A DNA stretch of 63,837 nucleotides, filler included, from Octopus bimaculoides (taxonomy: Eukaryota), in assembly GCF_001194135.2 (NCBI RefSeq). It is 5 parts of 4 records of this genome, joined end to end, with 100 filler letters (N's around TTAATTAATTAA, not from the genome) between each part and the next. Parts side by side here need not be neighbours in the genome. Positions count along the whole stretch, not along the records: positions 1 to 31,729 come from NC_068983.1; 4 more parts are not named here. The stretch is one strand, 5' to 3'. The notes beneath the pieces were generated by a model. That model did no database searches, had not been told where the DNA came from, and saw only the letters and a list, made by a program, of their open reading frames with translations. This document shows positions 1 to 13,572 of the stretch, in pieces; position 1 is the stretch's first letter; every line of letters starts with the position of its first letter. The translations under genes and the position numbers were made by a program.

Positions 1-9
1 ATATATATA

Positions 10-46
<37 letters not shown>

Positions 47-1394
47 GGAACAAAAACGCAATAGCAGACATTAAAACATTCGGACAGAATAGACGATACA
101 AAGGCAGACAAGAGAAACAACAACTACGACAGGCAAAAAAAAAAAAACGCGACATTTGTGACTTTCTTTTCTCAGTCAACTTCCAGAAGTCACGACCATT
201 TCGGGCAGTTACACTTGAGATGGTTCGATCTAGTTGATCCCAAAATATTCGAAGCTAAGAGCATTAGACCGCGTTGTAAGAAAGCTAGCGAATGTGTACG
301 GCAAAAATGACAAAAAAACAAACAAAAATAAAAAGGAGAACATGGTACACAATTAGGAATAAAAGCAACAAGACATGACTGGTGTCTTTCGACTGAGAAC
401 GAATCAAATTGAGCTGTGGTCTATGAAGTGAACGCCTAAAGGCAGGAACATAGGAAATGGACAAGAAGCATCATGGCTGGCTGGATAACGGTCACGTAGA
501 AGGGGCAGCGGGATTCAAGGATCAGAAAAAAAATCAAAGACAAAGTTACAGGGGAGATAAACGAGTGGGAAATAGTGGGAGTTAAAGAAAGAGAGGGCCA
601 AGAAATGTGAGAGAGGTGGGGGACGAGGAAAAGGAAGCAAAATGAGCAGGGAATGATAGAGAGAGTAAGAATAAGACAAAATTTAGATACATACCTTCAA
701 TAAGGTGAGCACAAGGGTGCACATACGCCGCTATATATATATACACACACAATGTAACAAACTTATTTGCATGTCATCGACAGGATCGTGTATTACCGGA
801 AGCCAAGTTAAGAATGTTATTATGGCGAAATATTTAATGCTACTTTCATGGCGGACAATATCAGTTTAATACGCCTGCAGCGTATATTGAGCAATACCTG
901 CAAATCTAATAAGGTCATCGCTGTATGTATATTTATATGTGTGTGTATGTCTGTGTTCATCTGTGTTAATATGTGTTTGTGCGTGTGTGTTTTTGTGTAT
1001 GTGTTTGTGTCTTGCTTGTAGGAAGTATACTTATAAATGTAAACGTTTCATCCATTGTGGATGACTCATTTCCTGATATGCTCTATTGCTACTTCAAATG
1101 GAAATCTGAAGTTATTTGAGTGATCAATCATCGATATCTCCTTGGTTCCTTGACGCTAAACATAAACATAAATGCCGTATCAGTCACTCATTAATCTTTA
1201 ATAATAATGCCTTGAATAATAATAATGCAAAGAGTTTCTACTTTCGTTTCTCATATTGTAATTATATTATCTCAATCTGGACGAATACTGCTCTTAACTA
1301 GGTATAGTGTCCTATTGTTTATTTGTTTACTATTGACGATCATTAAAACAAAAGTATATAAACTAATCCATTATTCCCTTTCATTTCATGCTCA

Positions 1395-1624
1395 TTTACT
1401 GTCTTTTACTCTTATACTTGTTTCAATCATTTGACTGTGGTCATGCTGGAGCACCGCCTTTTAGTCGAGCTAATCGACCTCAGGACTTATTCTGTGTAAG
1501 CCTTGTACTTATTCCATCGGTCTCTTTAGCCGAACCGCTAAGTTACGGGGACGTAAACACACCAGCATCGGTTGTCAAGCGATGTTGGGGGACAAACGCT
1601 AACACACAAACATATACACACACA

Positions 1625-1700
<76 letters not shown>

Positions 1701-1883
1701 AATATATATATATATATATACGATGGGCTTCTTTCAGTTTCCGTCTACCAAATCCACTCACAAGGCTTTGGTCGGCCCGAGGCTATAGTAGAAGACACTT
1801 GACCAAGTTATCACGCAGTGGGACTGACCCGGAACCATGTGGCTGGTAAGCAAGCTACTTACCACACACCCACTCCAACGCCT
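1395..1883 (-). mobile_element. tRNA-derived SINE (family A), full length, with internal (TA)n(TG)n microsatellite
   Basis: Minus strand reads a tRNA-like head (ggcgttggagtgggtgtgtggtaagtagc...ggttccgggtcagtccc), a body, an internal microsatellite and the tail ggcggtgctccagcatgaccacagtcaaatgattgaaacaag. The same tail recurs many times in the window. Confidence 0.85.
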
Positions 1884-3034
1884 ATATAAGAATATTTCGG
1901 AAAATTTACTCGAATTTGAAGAAAAATACTGCGTTTCTCTAAGAGTGGTTTAAATCAAAAGAGATTTTATTTATAAGAAATATAGAAAGAAACAAGGTCA
2001 TTTAAGGAAACGAATTACGGCGACTTTGTTAGGAGACATTTATAATGCATGCTTAGAAATGACGATGGGCCAAACGATGACCAACATTGGTAGAATTTCG
2101 AATTACTTGTGATAACTAGCACCAAACACAGTTCTAATTTACCGTGCACTATTGTAAACAGAATCAAATCAGTATTCAATGATATGGAAAAAAGGACGGG
2201 ACGACCGGTAGACTAAACTGAACTACAATACCCTGATCAATGCATCCTATTGAAGCTAAGTTCCCTTCGCTAAAGGAAGAAGATTAATGCAAACAAAAAT
2301 ATGAATCTTAAGATTTTCGTTCATACATTCAAATTTATAGCTTTGTGTATATCTAGAAACCAAAACATCTATATAGCTTAATTATGTAACATTCATCTAT
2401 TAGACGTTATTCCTTTACAATGAGAACTATTCAATGTTTATATGTTTAACGACTGACATTGTATTTGACTATTGTTAAGACGAAGCTCCTGTTACGTTGT
2501 CTTTCAATTCACTCAATCCAAATCCAACTGAATATAATAAGTATGAAACTGAAGAACAATATAATACAAAGAGAACGTAAGAAAATAAGAAGAAATAAAA
2601 TGAGAAACTTTGATTGTTAAACATATTGTTCTTGTATAAGACAAACGTCATGAACAAAAAAAAAATGTTCTTCCATGTATATAATATTTATCATTCGATA
2701 TAATGTCTAATATTATTTCAATTATGGAATATAATACTGTCTTTTCAGTGAGTAATTTGTGAAAATTTGGAAATAATAAAGAATTCTACACAATATCAAT
2801 AATTGCATTACCTTAGTCACGCAAACCACCTGTTACGAATGGTTAAAGAAAGCTGTTTATTTGATTGTGTGGCTTCATAGGATGTCATGGACATGGAGGA
2901 TATTAAAACATTCAGCTATATAACTTTGTGGAAATTCACTAAGACACTTTGAAGCACAAACACAAAAATATCCCTGCCGACGGGCAGACGGTATATATAA
3001 ATGTATATGTGAGTGTATGTGTGTGTGAGAAACA

Positions 3035-3089
<55 letters not shown>

Positions 3090-3234
3090 TGTGTGTGTGT
3101 GTGTGTGTGTACGCGCGTCTGTGTGTGTGTATATATATTATCAAAAGTGTGCAGTATTATATATCCATTACGGCCGATCTTACCATTCAGTTTTGCGCCA
3201 GGGATTCAATGGAGTGTTAGGTAACAATCTGATT

Positions 3235-4125
3235 ACGTAACCCCGCGCTCATCAGAAGTAGCCAATGTGGAATGGAAACTTCTGTCTATTGTTGGAGATA
3301 AAAATACACTTCCAGTTTGCGGCTGCTGTGAAAAAGATGATGAAACGAAACGTGTAGGGGATTTAGTTAAGAGTTATGTCCCTTGATACCTAAACGTCGA
3401 AACTTATGTGCTTATGTTACAAGTCGGTAAGAATTTACTGGAAAAGTTGGTGGGAAAAGTGTGTGCCCTTAAGGTTGGTGTTTTTGTGGAAATGGAATTT
3501 TTATAGTGATACTACATGTATAAATTTCACAGGAGATGGGGGCATACACATTTGTGTTGGTTAGTGTGTTTTCTTTCTTTTATGCATTGGTTAAGTCCGT
3601 GGATCCTTTATATGTGCATGTGGTGTATAGGGGTGCAATATATGTAGGATTTTATATTGGTGGAGGTGGAAAACAGACTTTGGGTAGGTGTCTGCCGTGT
3701 TGTGACGTGCGTGTTTATGAGTGCCTTAGTGTATGCTCTGGTCAAACTCTTTGTCGGACGCCAAGATATTGGTGGAGGGCCGAAGGTAGAGGACTGGTGG
3801 TCATGGTGGGGCAGGGAGGTATGACAGGATGTACTTCCTTTCATGTCGGCAAGGATTAAACATTTTACTCCTGCTATTCATGTAATTGCTTGGGTGCTCT
3901 TTAAAATTGCTCTTTTCACATCCCGGCATTATCTGAACTTCCTACTGATATTGAAGCTTGGTTTACATTTCTTTAGGATCGTCCACTTCATGCTGTACTC
4001 GGTGGCGCTTTCTTTCAAAGACCCAACGTGCTTGGCCAGGGTTGTGGCATTATGTCTTTCCGACATGTTGAAGGATGACTGACTTGTGGTTATTATAGCG
4101 GTTTCTAAAGGGGCCTTCAATTGCT
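3235..4125 (-). mobile_element. Penelope-like element remnant (GIY-YIG endonuclease C-terminus and 3' region)
   Basis: Minus frames give EGPFRNRYNNHK..SFNMSERHNATTLAKHVGSLKESATEYSMKWTILKKCKP..CRH, which matches the Penelope GIY-YIG pattern. Disrupted by stops and frameshifts. Confidence 0.75.
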
Positions 4126-4840
4126 AGACACACACAGAGCTATATATATTCAAAGTTGTAGTAAATATGTATGTTCGCATATCAACATTTGAATAGTTAC
4201 GTGTGCATTTCCGTTGCTTTCTTGCACACTAACTTAATCATACTCATTAGAATGCATCACTTTCTTCCTTAGATAGGATTAGAATGTATTACTTGCTTCC
4301 TTAGATATGAGTATTCTATGCTTCCTTGCACGTGGAAAATAACATTATAATAATACAATGAGGTTAATATTTGTATGTAATTTCTGAATCTATAACTTTT
4401 TCATGGGATTTTGTACCAATCAAGGTTTACTTGGTAATGGACTATGAAAGAGAAAGGGGCCTAGAGTTTCAAGATATGTAGAATAAGAGAAAACCTAAAG
4501 GATAAAACAATAACCCATAAATTTTGTTACATTTACATTTAGGATACATTTAATTTAATCTGTTCATATAAAAAGTCGTATATGTTTCTATGATCAACTT
4601 AATTCTACTGGCATATCCAATATAACAATAGTGTTGTACTTGTGAAATTGTTTTGGCTCATGTACTTGGAATGATTCCTCTGTTTTCTTTCTGAGGCTTC
4701 GAGATGTATTGTGTTTGACTGCCACTAAAAAGCAACCTCCCGATAAAAAAAAAAAACGTGTAAAATTAAAATTTGGTTTAATTTGCAATCTACCTTAAGA
4801 AGTGTTCATTCTCTTGGAACCAATAACGTTACACCCCCCC

Positions 4841-4880
<40 letters not shown>

Positions 4881-4924
4881 CAAGCACATATATATATATT
4901 CTTATATATATATACATATATACT

Positions 4925-5004
<80 letters not shown>

Positions 5005-5089
5005 CTTTTTTTAGAATGAAATAAAAAACCAAGGGTGTGAAGATACACAGATACACACATATGTATGTATACGATGAACTTACAACTTT

Positions 5090-5211
5090 TACCTACGGAA
5101 GTTGGTCATAAATCATTTATTGGCCGGGGTTATGGTCGATGGCACTTGCCCAAAATGTGACTCAGTGGAACTAAAATACGAATCACGTGTTAGCAAATGA
5201 GCATCTTGAAC
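5090..5211 (-). mobile_element. SINE family A head fragment, decayed
   Basis: Contains cacttgcccaa (reverse of ttgggcaagtg) and other decayed matches to the copy at 1395-1883. Confidence 0.5.
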
Positions 5212-5498
5212 CAGTGATCCCCAGTGTGGGCCGTACTCCTGGGAGAAATGTGGTGGGTCGTAGTACCCTTGTCCCCAGGTACAAGGTTCTCATTAATGTC
5301 ATTATTTTTTTCTTAATCAATAATGTACTTTTGTTTTGTACTCAGTTCTTAATAAAGGAGTAACCCATAGATTCTTTTGTATTAAATATTTGGGATGAAA
5401 TATTTAAAAGAAAGTTGCTCTTTTACAAACCACCGCTGGGGCATACGGTTTCCTGGAAAGTTATTGTGGAGCCTGTCGGAAAATATGTTGGGAAACTG
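5212..5498. mobile_element. hAT-type MITE remnant
   Basis: Degenerate terminal inverted repeats CAGTGATCCCCA ... TGGGAAACTG; no coding capacity. Confidence 0.4.
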
Positions 5499-5817
5499 TC
5501 TTAAACACTAGGCCAGGCTTGTGCCATGTCTAACTTAAATTCTGCATTATTTAGACATATACAGTTTTTACTTTTCATTTATCCTGGATAGTAGAATTAC
5601 ACTTTCGTCCCTGGGAAAGAAATGTTAGTGATCTGTGATGTCATATAAAATGCTATCAGATTCTGTAGCTTAGCTTCAACTAAATTCAGCAGACCTCAAA
5701 TTTGAAGAGATTTTTGTTGATGTGAATCCTCATGTACGGATATGAAATCTGAATAGTCATAAATAAATTACTTTTGTGTTCGATCTAGAGTCTTCTTCTC
5801 TTGATACTGTATGTATG

Positions 5818-5881
<64 letters not shown>

Positions 5882-5984
5882 ACAGACATTGGTTGAACTT
5901 CAGTTCAGCTGTTTTAGACGTGTATACTCACATCATGCAACAAAGAAAAAAATCCAGTGAATTAAAAAGTTAAAATTTAACATT

Positions 5985-6720
5985 CTGGACTTTTTCACAC
6001 AAACCGTATATGATGCATATCGACTCTCTCATCTTGGTGACAGTTGAGAAAACTTGAGATTGCATAGCCGGAATAAGAGGTTACTGTATGGATAACATGA
6101 ATGTCTAGTAGCCCAGTAAGAAACTCCGGCCATTTTCTGTTATTATTTATACTATAGTATACTCGGAACCTTTCCTGCATTTGAACTTACAGTGGACTGT
6201 GGTCTGCAAGCTGGAGTATAATCTTGACTGATTTTACGCATGAGTTGGGTGTAGTTGGTTTATACTTCTGGATGTATGAGTAACTCGAAGGGCAAATCCG
6301 TAGATGTATATATAGGGACAAATCAAGATGCACACTCGGTAAACCCTGCAGGACTCGCATCTTCGTGTATAAATGCGCAGTGCACACATGAGTAAGCCCG
6401 TATGTGTATGTAGGTGCCATGGCCGATTCATTCAAGAAACGATACGCAACCATATCTCAAGCTTTATAAAAACATCTAAGAGACATACAACATCACTGGT
6501 GGATATCTGTGGAAATTGAAAACTGATAACATCAACTATGAACTATCCTGGTCACTTGTAAGACACGCACAACCATACAACACACTTTCTAGGAGGTGTG
6601 GATTGAGCTCAGAAGAATCTTTGTCTATTCTACTTACTAGGGAAAGAGTAATTAATAATGGATTGTTCGTTGTTTACGCGTTAAGGAAGTGACTTTCACC
6701 CACTAGAGTCCCTCAAAGCA
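5985..6720 (+). mobile_element. Penelope-like element remnant (GIY-YIG)
   Basis: Plus frames give KSRCTLGKPCRTRIFVYKCAVH..YVGAMADSFKKRYA..YLWKLKTDNINYELSWSLVRHAQPYNTLSRRCGL. This is the Cys-rich plus VYK/YVG/FKxRY signature of Penelope endonucleases, with stops. Confidence 0.75.
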
Positions 6721-7128
6721 CCCGCACTACCATAACTCACAATACACCGAGAACCACACGTTAGGATAGCACTGATAGATATATGTACGTGTACACTCAC
6801 GAAGGAATATACGTACGCTTATATTTTCCTAAATATGTACCAATATACCTTTTATAGATCTGTGTTTTTACATATGAATGAACGCGCTAAACAAATGAAC
6901 ATATAATGTATCACCGTGCGCGTATAGCGTATGCGTGCGTGTGTGCGGAGAGCGTAACGGTCAGTGAGAAGGGTATTGGAATAGTTATTATGGAAGATTA
7001 GCGACACGTTGGGAGTAAATATTTTACATGTATTTAGGTACCTCTAACATCTATTCGGGAAAATCTCAAGTGAATGGAATAAGTATTTCGAAAGTTATGA
7101 GGTAATAAAGAAACAATCTTCCAAATTG

Positions 7129-7575
7129 CAGCGGTCAAAAGTTAAGGGTCACTTAGAAAAAATGAAATATCAACCAAGGTATTTGTTGTTTAGAAGACTA
7201 TCAATGGGCTAACAGATACTTGTTATGATGTTGCATTATTGGAATATTCAATTCTCAACATGGCGGCTTGTGGATGACCAGTGTCCTGTGATGAAAAACA
7301 AAGGATTGTGTGCCTGCACCAAGAGGACAAGTCAAATTTTGTGATATCAACTACTGTAGGAAGGTCTAGAAGTGTTGTGCGATGAATTATTGCTCATTTT
7401 AAGTCATCAAGATCGAAAGATGCAGAACGCCAAACCGGTAGACCTCGTAGAACTTCACCGAGACTGAGTCGTATTATAGTTTAAAATGTTATTGAAGGAT
7501 AGGTTTATGGGTTTTGCTTAGACATCCCGTGAGTTTAGCTCCACTTCTGATGTCAAAGTATCAACAGCCCATGCT
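7129..7575 (+). mobile_element. Tc1-like transposon 5' remnant
   Basis: TIR-like start CAGCGGTCAAAAGTTAAGGGTCAC. Decayed N-terminal HTH: KQRIVCLHQEDKS..VGRSRSVV..II..FK...TGRPRRTS. Confidence 0.65.
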
Positions 7576-7608
7576 TTTGGGTGCATGTGTGTGAGGGTGT
7601 ATATATGC

Positions 7609-7652
<44 letters not shown>

Positions 7653-8999
7653 TGTGCATAGCCATTTGAGAATCTTTTAAATCAATGCATGCTTTATATA
7701 AACTATATAAGTTTCAAAAACAAGTCAGAGCTGATGTGATTTCAGGCTCTGAATGGAAGCATATGTATTTTGGAAGCGTATTTTATAAGTGAAATATGCA
7801 GGGTGCCTTGAAACCTTTTCCCTATTTCTCATTCGTCTGAGACACACAATTGTCTTATGGAAATGAAACCTTATACTTTTTCTGTGGGGTTGGGAGAGTG
7901 AAATTGAAAGACTAGATGGACAAGGTAATTTTCCTGGAAGGTTTGCAAGATTGATATCAGATTTGTATACAACAAAAACGCCGAATGTGCTTGTGCTGTA
8001 TCGGCGTTCGCCTTTCACTTGAATAACATCGGTGGTGTGGAGAGGGAAGGCTGGTATGCTTTGGGTAACTGCTGCTCTTCCATAAAGTACCTTATCTGGA
8101 CTTGTGCCTCGGAGGGAAACCTTGTTGTAACCCCATGTCATTCATGACCGAAGTGGTCTTTATTCTATCTAGGTTTCCTTTTATAGAACTTAAGCACTTT
8201 AAAGCTTGTATAACTTGTAAACTTTTCTGGTACAAAATTGTTTCCGATGGACAGTATTAAAATATTAGTATGGCACATTGAATGATTTTCATCAATTATG
8301 ATGCGATAAAATACAGTTAGAGGCGTTCACTAGTAGAACTATATTTCGTAGGTTTATGCATTCTTTTTATATGTATTTTATGTAAATTGATAAGAGATAA
8401 ATCAATTCATGGTTAGTTCCTAACGAAAGATCAATTGCTTTATATTATGTAAAAACAAATCCACTTCTGGGATCAGTGATCGATATTGGTGTGATATAAA
8501 CTATATAGTAGAAGCAGTCTAGCACTAAATTCGTCTACGATAAGCAAGTAGGTGTTTTGATGTTTATTGAATAGCATAATCCTGATATCTTCAACACGAG
8601 GATGATATCCTAAAACAATCTCAGATAATACTATCACACTGAAGCTTCTATTAGAAATTGGATTTCAACAAAACTTGTATTGGTATCGAGTTGTACATCT
8701 ATTATATAACATGCAGACCTGAAAAGTACGTGTTCAACGATGATTTCAAAATATCGCTATTGGTTTTACTTCATTATTACAATTTCTACGAGTTGATGCC
8801 ATTACAAACTATCTGGTACAGACGACACTTACCCAGACACTCGAACATCGATTTGGAATAGCTATATATATATATGTATACTCTCTTTCTCTCTTACAAA
8901 TATGTTTTTCTCTGTATTTCAATAAACCATGGGACAAACTTTTGAGTTGTTACTGATCGTAATTTAGTATGAGACTAATATTGATTGCAACATTGCACA

Positions 9000-9180
9000 C
9001 AAGGCCAGCATGTTTGGGGAGGTGTAAACAATTATATCGAATCCAGTACTCAAATGGTTTCGACCCCGAAAGAATGATAGGCAAAGTTGACCTGGGCTGA
9101 ATTTGAACTTGGAACGTAAACATTAATGGAAGGTCGTTAAGCGTTTTGCCCAGCTAATTATTCTGCCAGCTCACCACTTC
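9000..9180 (-). mobile_element. tRNA-derived SINE family B, decayed
   Basis: Matches the reverse complement of the family B body (gttcaaattc..gtcgactttgcctttcatcctttcggggtcga) seen at 50583 and 61843. Confidence 0.75.
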
Positions 9181-9296
9181 AATGTATGAGGTTAATATTA
9201 CATATATAGGTGAGATTAGTCAAACTGGTGTAGCAGTCTTTGACAAGAACCCAATGCCGTACGGAAATCGATTAAGGCAGTTCATCACTTTTTTAA

Positions 9297-9500
9297 AAGG
9301 CGGCCAGCTAGCAAAATCGTTATTACGTCTGGTAAATGCTTAGCGGCATTTCATCTGTCTTTATGTTATCACTTCAAATTTTGACCCGATGTCAATTTTA
9401 CTTTTCATCTTTACGGAGTTCATAAAATAGGTACCAATTAAACACTGCAGCCGATATAATTGACATACCTCCATCCCGAACTTGTTGGCATTGAAACCAA
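9297..9500 (+). mobile_element. SINE family B, decayed
   Basis: Head aaggcggccagctagcaaaatcgtta..atgcttagcggcatttc followed by a decayed body. Confidence 0.75.
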
Positions 9501-10000
9501 TATTAAATATATAACTTTAGTAATATTTTACAGAATATCACATTTTAACCTATAAACTATTTAGTTATGGTTAATGGCTTTTTTTCCTGCGTGTACAGTA
9601 TTGTAATATGATGTGATGTATCTCTCTTAGTTCTTGAAAACGTTCTACTTACTTTTAATTATCATGTCTGAAATTTTACTGCACGCATTTAACTTTCTTA
9701 TACATACATACATACATACATACATACATACATACATACATACATGTATATATGTGTGTGTCTGTGTCGTTTAATATTACGGTCTGTAGTTATGAGGCAC
9801 TAATACTTTAATACATTAGAGACATGGTTTATAACTTGTATTGGCCATGTACTCAAAGCCCGAAAAGTACTTGGATACATAGGCATGCTATAGAAGCCTG
9901 TCTAGATCATTGCTGTTATGCATTAAAAATTATTAGTAGAAGCTCTTATTGTGTACATTAAACAATACTTATCTCTCACCGGATAGAGTACTTTCTTATT

Positions 10001-10052
<52 letters not shown>

Positions 10053-10742
10053 ATATATATATATGTGTGTGTGCAGTGCCTACCCTGAATAAAAATAGAT
10101 CGATAGTAACATTTTCCGTTTATGGCTAAATATGCACCGAATGTAATAAAATTGTGCAGGTTACTCTGATTGTTATGCATAAAATGCAAAATATTTAATA
10201 TTTTTGTAGATTAGATAGGCATAATTCGGCTCTGCCTTTCAATCTCAGTATTAAAGCTACATGTAGTATTGCTGTAGTACACGTGCTGTGTACATTCCTA
10301 CAACAACGTTTTCTTTACGTACTATAAAGGCAGAAGTAAATCTGCCTCCAACTCAGTCGAATGCCTGTGTTTCACTTACTTTTTTGTGTTATACTACATT
10401 AACTTTACCAACTGCCCACCCTGAGTAATTTCTGACGGACGTACCTGCTTTATTTAAATATATATATATATATATATANNNNNNNNNNNNNNNNNNNNNN
10501 NNNNNNNNNNNNNNNNNNNNNNNNNNNNNNNNNNNNNNNNNNNNNNNNNNNNNNNNNNNNNNNNNNNNNNNNNNNNNNNNNNNNNNNNNNNNNNNNNNNN
10601 NNNNNNNNNNNNNNNNNNNNNNNNNNNNNNNNNNNNNNNNNNNNNNNNNNNNNNNNNNNNNNNNNNNNNNNNNNNNNNNNNNNNNNNNNNNNNNNNNNNN
10701 NNNNNNNNNNNNNNNNNNNNNNNNNNNNNNNNNNNNNNTATA

Positions 10743-10783
<41 letters not shown>

Positions 10784-11469
10784 GTATATATAGGTGAGCG
10801 TGTTGGTATGTGAAAGCACGTTGTTGGATGTATAAAAGACGAAACACAGTGATAAAACTACAGAAGGCACGTGTTATATGGTTAAACAATATATTTAAAT
10901 CGCTATGTTAGAAAAATGTTATAAAATGTTGTGAATAATAACATTATTTTGGGAGGAATAACCGGTGCTCCAGCATAGTCGCAGTCAAATAACTGAAGCA
11001 AGTAAAAGAAAAAGAAAGAAAAAAGAAATATATATATATATTCATATACACTTACATATATAGACACTCACTCATATATGTAAGCATCATAAAGTCAAGC
11101 AGTATTGTATGTAGATAGGTTATTATAATGTTTACTAGTGTTCCATATCCTGTTAAAGACACTGTGTTCTAGCAGCATTCGTGATTCTTAATACTCAAGT
11201 AACCAAATTATTATCCCAGTAACTGTTTGATGTACAGTTGTAACTCTTGATGTCTGATAATATTCACTAGTGGTATCTAAAGAGAATATTTCTTCATAGG
11301 CTCAATTTTTCATGGCGGTAATTACTGTTGATCTTCCGATCGTATCCAAATACACATAATTTGTATTTGCTGATACTATCTCTCTGTTGCAATTTCGAAA
11401 ATGTGGTGTCAAGATTTTGGTTAACAAAGTAGTATTTGAAACAAGATTTAAAGATTCCTCTCCAACATT

Positions 11470-11693
11470 TACGACGAGTTGCTGAAAAGTTTCTTGTTGT
11501 AAGGGTGACGCCAAAGGCCTGGCTGTGGGCCCAGCCAGCGTTCCGAGTTCATTTACAGGGCTTAGAAAGACTGACAGACCGCTACAATAAGTGTATGAAT
11601 CTGAGAGATGAATATGTTGAATAAAATCATAATTAACTCATCCGCCTGTATTTTCTCTTACCTAAAGCTTGGAATTTGTTATCACCCTTCGTA
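11470..11693. mobile_element. mariner-derived MITE
   Basis: Imperfect TIRs (tacgacgagttgctgaaaagtt / atcacccttcgta). Internal piece encodes a mariner C-terminus-like LQGLERLTDRYNKCMNLRDEYVE*. Confidence 0.7.
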
Positions 11694-11699
11694 TAATTC

Positions 11700-11845
11700 A
11701 GCCAAACCATCGACCTAGACTTATACGTTCTTAAGGATACCGAATGGATGAAACAGCTAGTTTACCTCGCTGGAATTTGAAATCAGAACGCAGAAAGACG
11801 ATACAAATTACCGAGAACCCGTTTCTCCATGGCAGGAACCAGCGC
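11700..11845 (-). mobile_element. SINE family B fragment
   Basis: gatgaaacagctagtttacctcgctggaatttgaaatcagaacg matches the reverse of the family B body. Confidence 0.6.
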
Positions 11846-13424
11846 CAGTCTATTTTTCATAACATTTAGGGAATGTGTATGGAGATGAACCTCAGCAATC
11901 TCTGGTTATAAAGACTCGTTACATATAACCTCCAACACCTATTCAAAATTCAAAATTACAAAGGTACGTCACAATATTAACATTAATAATAGTTGTCGTT
12001 TCCTGGTAATCTGTCATTAAAATCTAAGCAATATTACCTATCATATCCCAATTACAATGTAATTATTATTTCTGTGATACACTTGTATATCCAATAAATA
12101 ACTGCGCAAAACTTTGCTTTGAAATTGTGGACAAATTAAATGTTTCAGATAACTTAAAACTTAGTACTATTCTCCAGGTTGTAGTGTATTCGTTACACAT
12201 GATAATACGGCCTGCCTTATTTTACGATTATATTTCCATCAACAAAATAAAAGAGACATGCTAATAAAACATATGCTTCATGATTATTTTAATTATGCGA
12301 TTTTTATTGGCAGATGTGATTATAAAAATTTCATAACATGCATGAATTTATGCGTACTGTTGCCAATCACAAGAGACCCATATCTGACCAAATATTTAAA
12401 TGGTGCTAATCAATAGTTTTCTTATCTGATTACCTCTTACCTCGGGAAATTAAAGCTTCATTTTTTATTATAGAATTTCAGTAAATCAAGTATTTAAAAT
12501 GTGTCTTAATTTTCCATTTATTCTTGAATTTTATTCAACTTGAATATGAAGTTTATAGTATGAGGAAGACAGAATTAATATTACTGCTGAGTAATGACTA
12601 TATTTAATAACAATCAGCTGCTATTAAATGTATGGCTACTTTCAGTAGCATTTCATTTATATTTCTTAATTTAAATGAGAAATGATTAAATGGTCCAGGG
12701 AAATGTGTTTTATGGTGTGGATAATACTCTAGTTTAGGAACGCCAGAGAAATTTATGCTATAATTACAGCTAATGCATCGCAATTAATTATTATCATTGT
12801 TTTACGTATTACCAAAATTGATGTTTATCAATCAGAATAGCATAACATAGCACAACCGAATACCCGCACAAGTTCGTTTATTTCTTAATAGCTCTTTGAT
12901 AATTAATTTAGAGTTATTCTTATATTAGTGTTTACCTCGACAAAGCCTACACGCAGTATACCTTTAAATAGTATTATGTCCTTCATTTATAAGTTCAAAT
13001 CTATTTAAAGTATATCTTGTTCGAATATTTTCGTGTTAACCTTTCAGTTAAAGACTGTTTTGAGGAAATTAAAGCTCGACCATTAAATGTAATTTCATTT
13101 AGAGTTCTCTCACATGTGCATAGTTTAGCCATAGTTATGCCGTTTTATTTTCCATCAGCAAAATTTGAAACGAAGGTCTGACTGGGCTACCAGCCATTCA
13201 TATGTTACAATTACTGTAAACTCTGATTCCAGTTAGGCAAAGGCGAATTTCCCAAAAAGTCATTTTAAATCCCATTCACTTATGTCATACATAAGAAAGG
13301 CCTGCGTACTTTATTCCCAATAATGCGCACTCATATGGAAGTGATACCAAACCATGTGTTAGCAAAGGAACATCTCACACCAGTGATTCCCAACGTGGGA
13401 AAAGTTTGATATCAGTAACGCCGC

Positions 13425-13572
13425 AACGCATTTCTACAGCTGAGTGAACTGGAATAACGTGAAATAAAGTGTCTTGCTGAAGAACAGAACACACAGCCTG
13501 GTAGAAGATTCCAACTCACTATCTCATGATTGTGGGCTCGACGATCTAATTTCTGAGACATGCGCCAGATAA
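13425..13572 (-). mobile_element. tRNA-derived SINE family C
   Basis: Minus strand: tRNA-like head followed by gtgtgttctgttcttcagcaagacactttatttcacgttattccagttcactcagctgtag. A related copy lies at 36172. Confidence 0.7.

Noticed and set aside
2475-2530. Minus-strand terminal-exon-like VGFGLSELKDNVTGASS* with a good acceptor
   Set aside because: No phase-compatible upstream exon could be linked convincingly and no homology was recognised.
7725-8141. 138-aa minus-strand ORF
   Set aside because: No recognisable domain or splice structure; probably decayed repeat sequence.
8650-10432. Chain of tiny minus-strand exon-like segments (about 10397-10432, 9634-9648, 8833-8861 and a terminal piece near 8715)
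   Set aside because: Acceptors are weak, several readings are possible and the peptide is not convincing; this is expected by chance in AT-rich DNA.
11870-11963. Plus-strand segment with good acceptor and AAG|GTACGT donor
   Set aside because: Stops in all three frames; it could be a UTR or lncRNA exon but cannot be supported without RNA data.
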